Shown: piece after piece, positions 52,408 through 61,583 of the stretch | Layout: every line of letters begins with the position of its first letter | How positions within the stretch are numbered: the first letter of the stretch is position 1 | Origin: an uncultured delta proteobacterium | Lineage (GTDB): Bacteria; Desulfobacterota; Binatia; UBA9968 | NCBI GenBank assembly: GCA_963816145.1 | Contig: CAWFJP010000030.1 | Location: 160,001-224,000 of the forward strand | Length of the DNA: 64,000 nucleotides | Direction of reading: 5' to 3' | The notes under the pieces: generated by a model | What the model was told of the DNA's origin: nothing | The model's database searches: none | The model's input: the letters and a program-made list of their open reading frames with translations, nothing else | Made by a program: the position numbers and the translations under genes

Positions 52408-53331
52408 ATGATCATCGACTGGCATGCCCATGTTTATCCGCCCGAGTTGGCGAAAGAGCGGCGCTGGGGCGGCGCGTCGCCGCTGACCATTGAAAACCTC
52501 CTCGAAGCCCATGAAAAAGCCGGCATCGAGCGCTGTGTGGTCAGCAACACGATTCATTACTTGAAAGACAAAACCGCCGACGAGTCGCTCGCCTTCCTGC
52601 GCCGCTGGAACGAATACGGCGCGGAGATTCAGCAAAAATTTAAAGATCGCATTATCGTTTTCACCAGCACGATCCCCTGCGGCGGCGTGCCGTTCAACAA
52701 AGAATTGGAGCGCGCCATCACCGAGTACGGCCTGCGCGGCGTGCTGATCAATTCGAGCCACCAGCATGCCTATCCCGACGATGACGAAGCCAAGCCGTTT
52801 TTCGAACTGGTATCGGGCCTCGGCATCCCGATGATGATGCACGCGCCGTCGGTCGGTTACGGCGAGGAGCGCATGCGCGACTACCGGCTGGCGTCGAGTG
52901 TCGGCCGGCCCTTCGATGAATGCTTGAGCATCGCGCGCATGATCGTGCGGGGCGTGTTCGAGCGCCACCCGAATTTGAAATTCGTCGGCTGTCACCTGGG
53001 CGGCGGCATCTGCGACGTCATCGGCCGCATGGACTACGCCTACGAGCTGGGCGATCAAGCCTCGGGGCTGGGCAGCTACGAACCCATGCTGATCACGAAA
53101 AAGCCCAGCGAATATTTGAAAACCCTTCACATGGACACGGTCGCCTACCACCCGCCGGCGGTGATGTGCGCTTATCAAACCGTAGGCGCCAGGCAACTGC
53201 TCTTTGGCAGCGACGCGCCGCCGCTCTTGTCGCTGCTGCCGCGCGCCAAGCAGCTCATCGAAGAGCTGCCAATCGGCGCCGCCGAGCGCGAAGCGATCTT
53301 CAGCGGCAATGCCCTGCGCTTGCTCGGGTGA
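52408..53331 (+). CDS. Amidohydro_2 decarboxylase/hydratase (ACMSD-like)
   Basis: IIDWHAH, MMHA, HLGGG..GRMD, LFGSDAP, IFSGNALRLL. Confidence 0.85.
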   Translation: MIIDWHAHVYPPELAKERRWGGASPLTIENLLEAHEKAGIERCVVSNTIHYLKDKTADESLAFLRRWNEYGAEIQQKFKDRIIVFTSTIPCGGVPFNKELERAITEYGLRGVLINSSHQHAYPDDDEAKPFFELVSGLGIPMMMHAPSVGYGEERMRDYRLASSVGRPFDECLSIARMIVRGVFERHPNLKFVGCHLGGGICDVIGRMDYAYELGDQASGLGSYEPMLITKKPSEYLKTLHMDTVAYHPPAVMCAYQTVGARQLLFGSDAPPLLSLLPRAKQLIEELPIGAAEREAIFSGNALRLLG

Positions 53332-53400
53332 CTGCAGCGGGCGATTGACCTTTGACCGAAGGCAAGCTAAGGAAAGCTAAAACCAGCGGAACGAAACAGC

Positions 53401-53691
53401 ATGAGCGCTAATCTGTCATCTCGCACCGGCCTGATCGGCGCCCTGATCATTCTCAGCTTGATCTATGCCGTCGCGCCCATCACCGGAACGGAGCCGGCGG
53501 CAAACCAAAGCATTCGCGAGCTGCTCGAAAAGAGCTAGAAAGAGCGCAAGGGTTTGATGTTCTACGTGAAGGGCCAAACCATCGGCGGCGCGGTGACCAA
53601 AATCGGCACAGACTACGTCGAAGTGAAAAATCAGACCTACAGCCGCATCATCATTCGCTTCGACAGCATCGATGCCATTGCGATTAATTAA
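53401..53691 (+). pseudogene. Small exported protein interrupted by an in-frame TAG
   Basis: ATG 53401, hydrophobic N-terminus, LLEKS*KERKGLMFYVKGQTIGG...IDAIAIN TAA 53691; TAG at 53536-53538. Confidence 0.7.
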
Positions 53692-53731
53692 CTGAGCGGC
53701 AAAATATCTCTGGACAACGAAGGGAACCCTC

Positions 53732-54007
53732 ATGGCCGGATTATCCTACGACGATCTGATCGAACCAACGATCGTCAAACAGGTATCGAAAAGCGTCGCC
53801 TACTGCCGCTGCACCCGCAGCAAGAATCTGCCGTTTTGCGACGGTTCCCACGAGGGCACCAATATGCAGCCGGCGATGATAGAGCTTGCCAGCCCGGAAA
53901 CCATCGCCATCTGTCGTTGCTGGAGGTCCAAAGACCACCCCTACTGCGACGGCACCCACGGCAGGTTAGTCAAACCGAAAGAACGCCCGCCCAGAGCCCA
54001 TGGTTAA
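53732..54007 (+). CDS. Double CDGSH iron-sulfur domain protein (CISD3/MiNT-like)
   Basis: CRCTRSKNLPFCDGSH and CRCWRSKDHPYCDGTH. Confidence 0.92.
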   Translation: MAGLSYDDLIEPTIVKQVSKSVAYCRCTRSKNLPFCDGSHEGTNMQPAMIELASPETIAICRCWRSKDHPYCDGTHGRLVKPKERPPRAHG

Positions 54008-54053
54008 TATGGTCCAAGCCCATCGAGCTCCTGTGCGTTAGGCAACCTGTCCA

Positions 54054-54087
54054 TTGGAACGATTGGAACATTTGCAACGATTGGAAC
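54054..54087 (+). repeat. 9-bp tandem repeats with TGGAAC core
   Basis: ttggaacga ttggaacat ttgcaacga ttggaac before the RBS of the cupin gene. Confidence 0.7.
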
Positions 54088-54106
54088 AAAACCGAGGAGG
54101 TTATTT

Positions 54107-54493
54107 ATGGTTGAAATGAAAAATCCGGTTAAGGAAGCCGACGGTAATCCAGAGATCGGCCATCTCCAGCTCTGGCGCACCGACTTAGCCTACTACTGGG
54201 TGATCAACTGCGAGCCGGGCCTGCAAGATGACATGCATTATCACGACAACGACGACCACATCTTCATGGTCCTCGAAGGCCGGTGCATTGTGCGCACGCC
54301 GCACAAAGAGTTCGACTTGAAACAATTCGACACCGTGCTGCTCAAGTCCGGCGATTCCTATCAGCTCTGCAATCCCGGTCCGGGCAGAATGCTATTACTG
54401 GGCGCCGGCAACAGCCATGTCGATGGCAAGCCGCGCTCCCGCGTGCCGAAGATTCCCAGCCACACGCCAATGAAGCAGCCGGTCGTGGCCTAG
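54107..54493 (+). CDS. Cupin domain protein
   Basis: MHYHDNDDHIFMVLEG..YQLCNPG; GAGGAGG RBS. Confidence 0.85.
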   Translation: MVEMKNPVKEADGNPEIGHLQLWRTDLAYYWVINCEPGLQDDMHYHDNDDHIFMVLEGRCIVRTPHKEFDLKQFDTVLLKSGDSYQLCNPGPGRMLLLGAGNSHVDGKPRSRVPKIPSHTPMKQPVVA

Positions 54494-54602
54494 CGATCTG
54501 ACGCGTACTTCACCCGCAGCTGCGACTCTTCCGTCGTACGAATCGACTAGATAGGCTGCCGCGCCCGTTTGATTTGCAAAAAGGTTGGGTGACGCCAACC
54601 AC

Positions 54603-54642
54603 AAAAAAAACCGGCGGTGCATGAACTCACGCACTGCCGGTT
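54603..54642 (-). terminator. Rho-independent terminator of the Tim44-like gene
   Basis: Minus strand ccggcagtgc-loop-gcaccgccgg followed by T8. Confidence 0.8.
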
Positions 54643-54664
54643 CGAACTGGTCTAGGTAATCGAC

Positions 54665-55648
54665 TTAGGCCTGCTGCACCGCTGTCAGCTTCCAGCCATT
54701 CGGCCCCACAGGGCGGCTGAAGGTCCAGAACTCCTCGAACTCCACCGGGTCGCTGTCACTACCGTTCAGCACCTTGCCGCTCTTCTCATCGACAGTGAAA
54801 TCGAGCAAGTTGGCATGTAAGCGCACGGTGATGAAGTCCTCGCCGCTCTCGGTCCAGACTTCGGTGATCTCACTCTCGCGCAGGGCTATATTGTCCATGC
54901 GATTGCGCTGGCCGCGCAACTTGTGCTGAGCCAACTCTTCTTCCCAGCTTTTCATCAACTCGCCGCCGCAGAGCGTGCGCAGAGCGGTAACATCCTGCTT
55001 GTTCCAAGCGCCTTGGATCTTGAAAAAACTATCCTGCGCGGTTTTCAAAAACTTGTTGGCGTCGAAGCCCGGATCCATCATCGTCAGCGAGCGATAGTCG
55101 GCACCGTTGAAAGGCAGCGGCTCCTGCACGGGCGGATTGCCGGAATAACTCGGCGACGGCGCTTGATAGGAACTGTCTTGATACGGCATCGAGCCGCCGC
55201 CCGTCGCGAGAGCCGGCGTAGTGGCTGATTTGTATTTGCGATAGAGAAAAAACGCCAAGCCGCCGAACAGCAAGATTTCCAGCATGCCAAAGCCGCTGCC
55301 GCCGAGACCGCCGCCGAAACCGCTGGCACCAGCCAAACCCGAAAACAGCATCGAGCCCAAGAACCCGCCGAGCACGGCCGTGCCCAAGCCGCGCATAAAG
55401 CCGCCCGGTTGCGGCATCATCGGCGTCGGTTGCCGCGCCTGTTGTTGCGGCATGGCATCCTGTCGTTGTGGCGATGTCGGAGTTGTCGAGCGACTTGGAG
55501 CTTGGTAACTGCGCGAACCGCGGAAACCGCCGGAGCGGCCGCCGCCGGCACGCGCCTCGGCCAAAGTTTCAAGAGCAATTTGGCTCAGCGCGAAGACCGC
55601 GAAAAGCCCCACGGCCATGACAAATGATTTACGCTGGGGAATGGACAT
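54665..55648 (-). CDS. Tim44-domain protein
   Basis: AEARAGGGRSGGFRGSRS, Gly-rich TM, FDANKFL..IQGAW, EEFWTFSR..WKLTAVQQ; AGGAGG RBS. Confidence 0.9.
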   Translation of the reverse strand: MSIPQRKSFVMAVGLFAVFALSQIALETLAEARAGGGRSGGFRGSRSYQAPSRSTTPTSPQRQDAMPQQQARQPTPMMPQPGGFMRGLGTAVLGGFLGSMLFSGLAGASGFGGGLGGSGFGMLEILLFGGLAFFLYRKYKSATTPALATGGGSMPYQDSSYQAPSPSYSGNPPVQEPLPFNGADYRSLTMMDPGFDANKFLKTAQDSFFKIQGAWNKQDVTALRTLCGGELMKSWEEELAQHKLRGQRNRMDNIALRESEITEVWTESGEDFITVRLHANLLDFTVDEKSGKVLNGSDSDPVEFEEFWTFSRPVGPNGWKLTAVQQA

Positions 55649-55824
55649 AGATACTCTTCCTCCTAAGGAGTTTGATCTCAGTGCCGGAAGTCTAACCATG
55701 CCAAGAAATCGAGTCAATGCACTATTTTTAATAATTCCCAAGCGAAAAATGCGTGTCCACGAGAGACCAAGACACTGGTTTCGGCGTTGCCTTTTTCAGC
55801 CTGTTATGGCACTTGAGCCCAACC

Positions 55825-57066
55825 GTGGCCGAATCCAAGTGGTATCAAGAACTCACGACCTACCAGTGGCGCGTGCTGCTGTGCGCTTGCCTGGGTTGGG
55901 CGCTCGACATCATGGACGGCTACCTATACGCCATCATCCTGTTCCCCGCCATGAGCGACTTACTCGGCACCGCCGAGAGTGCCGTTATCGGCTGGTACGG
56001 CGGCATTGTCCTGAGCATCTTTATGATCGGCTGGGCCCTGGGCGGGCTGATCTTCGGTCCCATCGCCGACCGCTACGGTCGCGCCAAAACCATGGCGATT
56101 ACGATCCTGATCTACGCCACTTTCACCGGCCTCTGCGGTATCGCCAGTGGCTGGTGGGAGTTGGCGATCTTCCGGTTCCTCACCGGCTTGGGCATCGGCG
56201 GCGAGTGGGCCGCCGGCGCAGCGCTCATCGCCGAGAGTTTTCCGGAAAAATCGCGCGCCAAGGCCGCGGGCATTATGCAAGCCTCGGGCGGCCTCGGCTT
56301 TTTTCTCGCCACGGCGCTTTATTTGATCATCGGACCCTACGGCTGGCGCTGGGTCTTTGCCCTCGGCGTCTTGCCCGCCATCGTGGCCTTCTACGTGCGT
56401 CACTCGTTGGAAGAGCCGGCGCGCTGGACCCAATCCAAACAGACCGGCAACCCCTATCCCGCCCTATTTGCACGCGGGGTACGCCGCGATGTGCTGGTCG
56501 GCACCGGCCTCGCCGTGGTCGCGACCTTCGGCTATCAAGGTGCGGTGCAATGGGTCCCCAGCTGGATCGCCGCCATGCTCCACGCCCAGGGCGCCCGCGC
56601 GGTGATCCCCCAGGTAAGTTTGATCACGACGACTCTAACCACCGGCGGCATCATCGGCTGCCTGTGCATGCCGTTCATCGCCGAGCGCTGGGGGAGAAAG
56701 GGCGCGTTGTTTATTTATTTCCTCGGCGCGTTGCTCACTGTGCCGACGACCTTTTTGTTCGCCAAGGAGTTCAACCACGCCGTCTTCGCTTCGCCGGTGA
56801 TGGGCTTTTTCGCCGCCGGCGTGACCACCGCCTTCGCGATCTATTTGCCGGAACTTTTCCCGACCAAAATTCGCGCCACGGCACAAGGCTTTTGCTTCAA
56901 CTTCGCCCGCTTCTTTTCCGCCGCAGGCCCGCTGCTCGCCGGAGTGCTCACCTCCGCCCACGGCTCCTTCGCCCCCGCGATCGCCATTGTCGGTATGGTT
57001 TACTTGCTGGGTTTGATAGTTTTGATTTTCGCGCGGGAAACTCGCGGACAGCCATTGCCTGAATAA
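55825..57066 (+). CDS. MFS transporter (aromatic acid/sialate-like)
   Basis: GWALDIMD, GPIADRYGR, GLGIGGEW, PELFPTKIRA, ETRGQPL; GTG start assumed. Confidence 0.9.
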   Translation: MAESKWYQELTTYQWRVLLCACLGWALDIMDGYLYAIILFPAMSDLLGTAESAVIGWYGGIVLSIFMIGWALGGLIFGPIADRYGRAKTMAITILIYATFTGLCGIASGWWELAIFRFLTGLGIGGEWAAGAALIAESFPEKSRAKAAGIMQASGGLGFFLATALYLIIGPYGWRWVFALGVLPAIVAFYVRHSLEEPARWTQSKQTGNPYPALFARGVRRDVLVGTGLAVVATFGYQGAVQWVPSWIAAMLHAQGARAVIPQVSLITTTLTTGGIIGCLCMPFIAERWGRKGALFIYFLGALLTVPTTFLFAKEFNHAVFASPVMGFFAAGVTTAFAIYLPELFPTKIRATAQGFCFNFARFFSAAGPLLAGVLTSAHGSFAPAIAIVGMVYLLGLIVLIFARETRGQPLPE

Positions 57067-57128
57067 TTCGTCAACGTGCAGTTAGCGAACCAACCCTGCA
57101 ACGGCCGGGAAGTCGAGCGCGAGTGTTT

Positions 57129-58406
57129 TTATTCGGCAGACTTCGGCTCCAGGGCGCGCGCGGCTTCATGCTGCATCGCTTCGGCGCGTTGCCGGCGGCT
57201 GACGATCAACAAAGCGGCCGCGGCGGTGGTGCAAACGACACCGCAGACCGCGAAGGTCCAGTCGATGCCGATGGCGGAAGCCGAGGTGCCAATGATCAAA
57301 CCGCCGAGGGACCACAACCCGCGGTCCATGAAGAACAAGCTCAAGACTCGCCCGAGTAATTCCTGCGGCGTTGCGGTTTGAATCACCGTATTGGTCAACG
57401 CCCGCTCGCCCACCTGGCAAAAACCCACCATGGCCAAAAACAAAATCGACAAAATAAACGAATGAGAAAAGGCGAACAGGGTCAAAGACAGCGCGAATCC
57501 GAGCACGCAAAAACAGATCGAGCGGGTGCCGACGCGTAGTTTATTCACCGTGGCGAGCGACAAGGATGCCACCGTGGCGCCGATTCCTGGCGCGGACATG
57601 AGTATGCCGAATCCCGACGCGCCGACATGCAGCACATTGGTCGCGAACATCGGCAAAAACCGGTTATAGGGCGCGCCGAACAGCGCCATGACGTAGGAAA
57701 TCCCGACAATATAGAGCATGCGGCGGTTGCCGCGGAGATAGACAAATCCCTCCTTGATGTCGGCCAACAAGCCTTGCTTGTGGTGGCGACCTTCCCAGGG
57801 CGGCAGTTCCATCTGATAGAGATTGAAAATCAGATAAACAAAACTGAGCGCGTTGATCAGAAAACAGCCGGCGATGCCGATGTAGGCAATAATCAAACCA
57901 CCCGCCGACGGCCCCATGATTTTCGAGAAATTGAAGACCGAGGACTGCAAGCCGATGGCGTTGAGCAGCTCATCCTTCGGTACCAAACTGTTGACCAGCG
58001 ATTGCCGCGCCGTCTGGTTGATCGTGTTGACGACACCGAGAAAGAAGGCCAGAAGAGCGATATGCCAGAGTTCGATTCCTTCAAACTTCACCAGCAGCCA
58101 ATAGGTGAATGCTTGCAACATTGCCAAGCTTTGCGTGATCATCAAGACGCGCCGACGGTCGAACCGATCGGCGATGGCGCCGCCCACGGCGCCGATCAGA
58201 AGCCGTGGCACGGTGTCGAATACCGCGATCACACCGATGGCGACCGGCGATTGCGACAGATGCCACACCAACCAGCTCTGCGCGACGTTCTGCATGAAAT
58301 CGCCGGAGCTGGAAACCAAAGCCCCTTCCATCAATAGACGGAAGTTCCGATGGCGCAGGGAACGGAGAGTTCTCAATGATGACAGCGACAGCATGATGTT
58401 CGACAA
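57129..58406 (-). CDS. MFS transporter (MFS_3-like)
   Basis: LRHRNFRLL, GGAIADRFDRR, TARQSL, LLGRVLS. Confidence 0.9.
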   Translation of the reverse strand: MSNIMLSLSSLRTLRSLRHRNFRLLMEGALVSSSGDFMQNVAQSWLVWHLSQSPVAIGVIAVFDTVPRLLIGAVGGAIADRFDRRRVLMITQSLAMLQAFTYWLLVKFEGIELWHIALLAFFLGVVNTINQTARQSLVNSLVPKDELLNAIGLQSSVFNFSKIMGPSAGGLIIAYIGIAGCFLINALSFVYLIFNLYQMELPPWEGRHHKQGLLADIKEGFVYLRGNRRMLYIVGISYVMALFGAPYNRFLPMFATNVLHVGASGFGILMSAPGIGATVASLSLATVNKLRVGTRSICFCVLGFALSLTLFAFSHSFILSILFLAMVGFCQVGERALTNTVIQTATPQELLGRVLSLFFMDRGLWSLGGLIIGTSASAIGIDWTFAVCGVVCTTAAAALLIVSRRQRAEAMQHEAARALEPKSAE

Positions 58407-58590
58407 ATCTCAGCGGTGACAACCCTATTGTTATTCCAAATGCGCCGACAACGCAAAACGTCTTGCGAATCGCTGGTGAATCGGTTGATTCATCCGGCCG
58501 CCGGTCATAGAGTTTAATGCGAATAGATTACTCTAAGGGGACAACGCGGATGTCCTTCGTATCTGGCCTTCCTACGAGATTTCCGAATCC

Positions 58591-58623
58591 GAACCTTGAA
58601 CCTTGAATTTTGAACTCTTGAAC
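58591..58623 (+). repeat. 7-9 bp TTGAAC tandem repeats
   Basis: gaaccttgaaccttgaattttgaactcttgaac directly before the AAGGAG RBS of CDS 58640. Confidence 0.65.
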
Positions 58624-58639
58624 AAAGGAGACAAAGCCG

Positions 58640-59158
58640 ATGTTTTCCATGCCCATCGTCAACTTACTGGCTGAAGGCAGCAAACTTGCCGCAACGGGCA
58701 AACGCGTCAACGTCCTGTGGCAGCACGACGACTGTCTCGCCTTCGTCGCGCGCGGGCGAGAATACCGCAGCGAGTTCCATATCAATCCGAGCGACGAAAC
58801 CATGTACATGATCAAAGGCGAAATGCGCCTCCACTACCGCACGCCGGAAGGCAAAGAAGCTGTCGCGGTAATCGCCGAAGGCGCGATGATCTACACCCCC
58901 GCCGGCACACCGCACTCGCCGCGCTTCCCGCCCGACGCCTTCGCGCTTATTTCGGAACGAAAACGCCGCCCCGGCGAGATCGACAAGTTTCACTGGTATT
59001 GCCCGAAGTGCGACACGCTGCTGCACGAACAACAGTTCATCGTCGACGACTACGCCAAAGACCCGGTGTCGAAAGCCTATCGGCAATTTTTTGAAAGTTT
59101 GGAATTCAGAACCTGCAAACAATGCGGCGAAGTCATGCCGGCGCCACAAGCGCTATGA
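58640..59158 (+). CDS. 3-hydroxyanthranilate 3,4-dioxygenase (NbaC/HAO)-like
   Basis: Cupin metal ligands FHINPSDE..PHSP, ERKR, and rubredoxin-like WYCPKC...RTCKQCG. Confidence 0.88.
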   Translation: MFSMPIVNLLAEGSKLAATGKRVNVLWQHDDCLAFVARGREYRSEFHINPSDETMYMIKGEMRLHYRTPEGKEAVAVIAEGAMIYTPAGTPHSPRFPPDAFALISERKRRPGEIDKFHWYCPKCDTLLHEQQFIVDDYAKDPVSKAYRQFFESLEFRTCKQCGEVMPAPQAL

Positions 59159-59218
59159 CTTCACATCTGGAGCATTGGGAACCAAACAAACAGACTCGAC
59201 GCATTTGTCCACATTGCG

Positions 59219-60226
59219 TTATTTCAATGTACGGGCGAGCTTTTGTGCGATGCTAAAATCAAACACTTGGTCGGGCAGCACCGGCTGTTTCGGCTTCACC
59301 CGCTCGGAAGCGTCCGCGATCATTTGGCGCTGAATATCTTCACTCACCGTGCCGTCGTCCAATAGCGCTGGGCCGGCAATATCATAGACGCGACTAGCGA
59401 TTTTGTCCGGGTCTTTCCCGATGTCCACCCACGGCCCCTTGAGAAACTCAATGGCGTACTTGCGATCGGTTTTGATCAGCCGCATCGCCTTCAACATCGC
59501 GCGCACCACCTTGGTCACCAGCTCGGGCTGCTCGGTCAACATCGCCTTGGTCGTTGCAAGTCCCCCCTGCACCGATCGATACACGTCAGCCGCAGAAACG
59601 AGCTTGCGAAACCCTTCGTCTTGCGCGGTAAACGTCAAGGGCATTTGCAGCGGCGCGGCATCGATCACTTTAGCCTTCAACGCGGTATAGGTAACGTGGC
59701 TGGGGCCAGTTGCAAGAATAGCGACGTCTTCAAGGCGTACGTTATGCGCAATAAGAATTCGGCGCGCGAGTATTTCCGCTAAGGATCCGACTCCGCCGGT
59801 GCCGATTTTCTTGCCTTTCAATTGCTGGACACTGGTAATGTTGGGCTGGACGATGAGGTCGAAAGACGGTTGGTCCGTGACTGCCAATATCACCCTGATG
59901 TCAGCGCCCCTGACAGCGGCGGCGACGGCCGATCCAGTTGCCGAAGCGAACTGCGTGCTGTTTCCCAGAGTGGCCTGTATGGTTTGGATCGCTTGCATCA
60001 CAATCAACTCTACATCGAGACCTTCCTCACGGAAAAAACCGCGCTCCTTGGCGACGAAATAGGGCATCGAAGTCGTGCTTCTCGCCGCCAAGCCCATGCG
60101 CATAGGGATTAGCTTGTCAGCACTCTCAGCCACACCGAGATTCTTAAGAAGGCATGACACGACGATGAAAGCGCCCACTAAGATTGGTCTTAGACTCATC
60201 ATTGGATCCTCCGAAACTCTGTGCAT
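59219..60226 (-). CDS. ABC-type substrate-binding protein (NMT1/SsuA-like)
   Basis: VAKERGFFREEGLDVELI, QLKGKKIG, VFDFSI; start uncertain. Confidence 0.85.
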   Translation of the reverse strand: MHRVSEDPMMSLRPILVGAFIVVSCLLKNLGVAESADKLIPMRMGLAARSTTSMPYFVAKERGFFREEGLDVELIVMQAIQTIQATLGNSTQFASATGSAVAAAVRGADIRVILAVTDQPSFDLIVQPNITSVQQLKGKKIGTGGVGSLAEILARRILIAHNVRLEDVAILATGPSHVTYTALKAKVIDAAPLQMPLTFTAQDEGFRKLVSAADVYRSVQGGLATTKAMLTEQPELVTKVVRAMLKAMRLIKTDRKYAIEFLKGPWVDIGKDPDKIASRVYDIAGPALLDDGTVSEDIQRQMIADASERVKPKQPVLPDQVFDFSIAQKLARTLK

Positions 60227-60337
60227 CACCAAGCGACTTGCGGCCGAATCATGATGATTAGCCAACTTTTGCAAGTTTGAGTCAATGGGCTTTTAAAATC
60301 GGCGCTGCGAAATCATCCCTCGACAATGAGAATTTAG

Positions 60338-60583
60338 CCGCTCCTACGCTTCCAGCCCAATGCCTTCGCCTTGATCTCAGAAAGAAAACGCCGCCCCGGC
60401 GAGGTCGACAAATTCCATTGGTACTGCCCGAACTGCGACACGCTCCTGCACGAAGAACAGTTCGTCGTCGACGACTACGCCACAGACCCGGTGTCAAAGG
60501 CGTACCAGCGATTCTTTGAGAGTTTAGAATTCAGAACCTGCAAGCAATGCGGCGAAATCATGCCGGCGCCGGATGCGCTTTGA
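60338..60583 (+). pseudogene. Second copy of the dioxygenase 3' end (82 codons)
   Basis: RFQPNAFALISERKRRPGEVDKFHWYCPNC...RTCKQCGEIMPAPDAL*, colinear with 58913-59158. Confidence 0.9.
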
Positions 60584-60653
60584 ATAGGACCCTAGAGAAG
60601 AATTCGCCGCTAGTCAGGATTAGGTCGATGGAGATATCAATTTAATCCTAGCA

Positions 60654-60743
60654 TCAACGAATCACCCGATCCGCTCGCACAAGCACGTTCGGCGGAATCG
60701 TCACACTGATCTGCTTGGCGGCCTTCAGATTGACCACGAGCTC
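60654..60743 (-). pseudogene. 3'-terminal fragment of an ABC_sub_bind-type substrate-binding protein
   Basis: Manual translation ELVVNLKAAKQISVTIPPNVLVRADRVIR*, the typical C-terminus of this family; nothing recognisable upstream. Confidence 0.8.
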
Positions 60744-60949
60744 ACCTGCGACTGCCCGCTAACGGGCAGCGCAACGTCAAACATGGTGTCTACGACAACT
60801 GCGGCACGCCACCGCAGCTTGGGCAATGCTCCGAGTCAATATCGAACAACACGATTCCGACTTTGAGCCTTCGTCGAAAGGTATAGAGTGACAAAGATCG
60901 AGGTGCTAACGTGACGCCAGCACAAGTCTAGAAACCCACGGAGGCGCAC

Positions 60950-61468
60950 ATGTCCTTCCTTACTGACGAACAGAAAGACCTTGCGAACGAGATCGCCGCC
61001 CTACTGACCGAGCGAGGCGAGACGGTCTGTGTGGCGGAGTCCACCACTGGAGGCCTCGTGTCCGCGGCACTACTGTGGGTGGCCGGAGCGTCCAAGTACT
61101 ACGCCGGTGGCAGCGTGCTCTACACGCTTGTCTCGCGCACGGCGCTGGCGGGTGTGCCGGCATCAATGTTTGAGAACTACCGCGGCACCACGCCGGAGAT
61201 GATCACCGCTATCGCCGACGCCATGCGCCAGCGACTGGGCACCACCTGGTGCATCGCCGAATCCGGCCTCGCCGGCCCCACCCGCGGCCGATCCGGCCTG
61301 CCGCCCGGCCGCACGACGATCTGCGTCTCCGGCCCTGTAACGCGTGTCAACGTGCAGCAGACCGGCCTGCCGGACCGAGAGCCCAACATGATCGCCTTCA
61401 CGACTCTGACGCTACGCTATCTGCGGGACGCGATTAAAGAGGGAGCACTAGTGTCGAGAAATATGTGA
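60950..61468 (+). CDS. CinA C-terminal domain protein (PncC-like)
   Basis: VAESTTGGLVSA, GASKYY, AESGLAGP; GGAGG RBS. Confidence 0.9.
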   Translation: MSFLTDEQKDLANEIAALLTERGETVCVAESTTGGLVSAALLWVAGASKYYAGGSVLYTLVSRTALAGVPASMFENYRGTTPEMITAIADAMRQRLGTTWCIAESGLAGPTRGRSGLPPGRTTICVSGPVTRVNVQQTGLPDREPNMIAFTTLTLRYLRDAIKEGALVSRNM

Positions 61469-61583
61469 TAGCGAGGGCCTTCTGCCATCGCTTCGAGTTC
61501 CCTCTCATGGATGCCCAACGACTCAACGCTCAGCCGCGAGCGGTGCGGGAGTTGACGAACGTAAAGCCGCAACTGTCACGCGC

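Noticed and set aside
52357-54087. CRISPR array from short repeats
   Set aside because: Units are 7-9 nt with no unique spacers and no cas genes
55617-57062. 481-aa Arg-rich ORF
   Set aside because: Alternative frame overlapping the MFS gene, with non-protein-like composition
60371-60583. Standalone rubredoxin-like mini-protein from the TTG start
   Set aside because: No RBS, homology extends upstream of the TTG, and copy 3 has no start; treated as a displaced gene end
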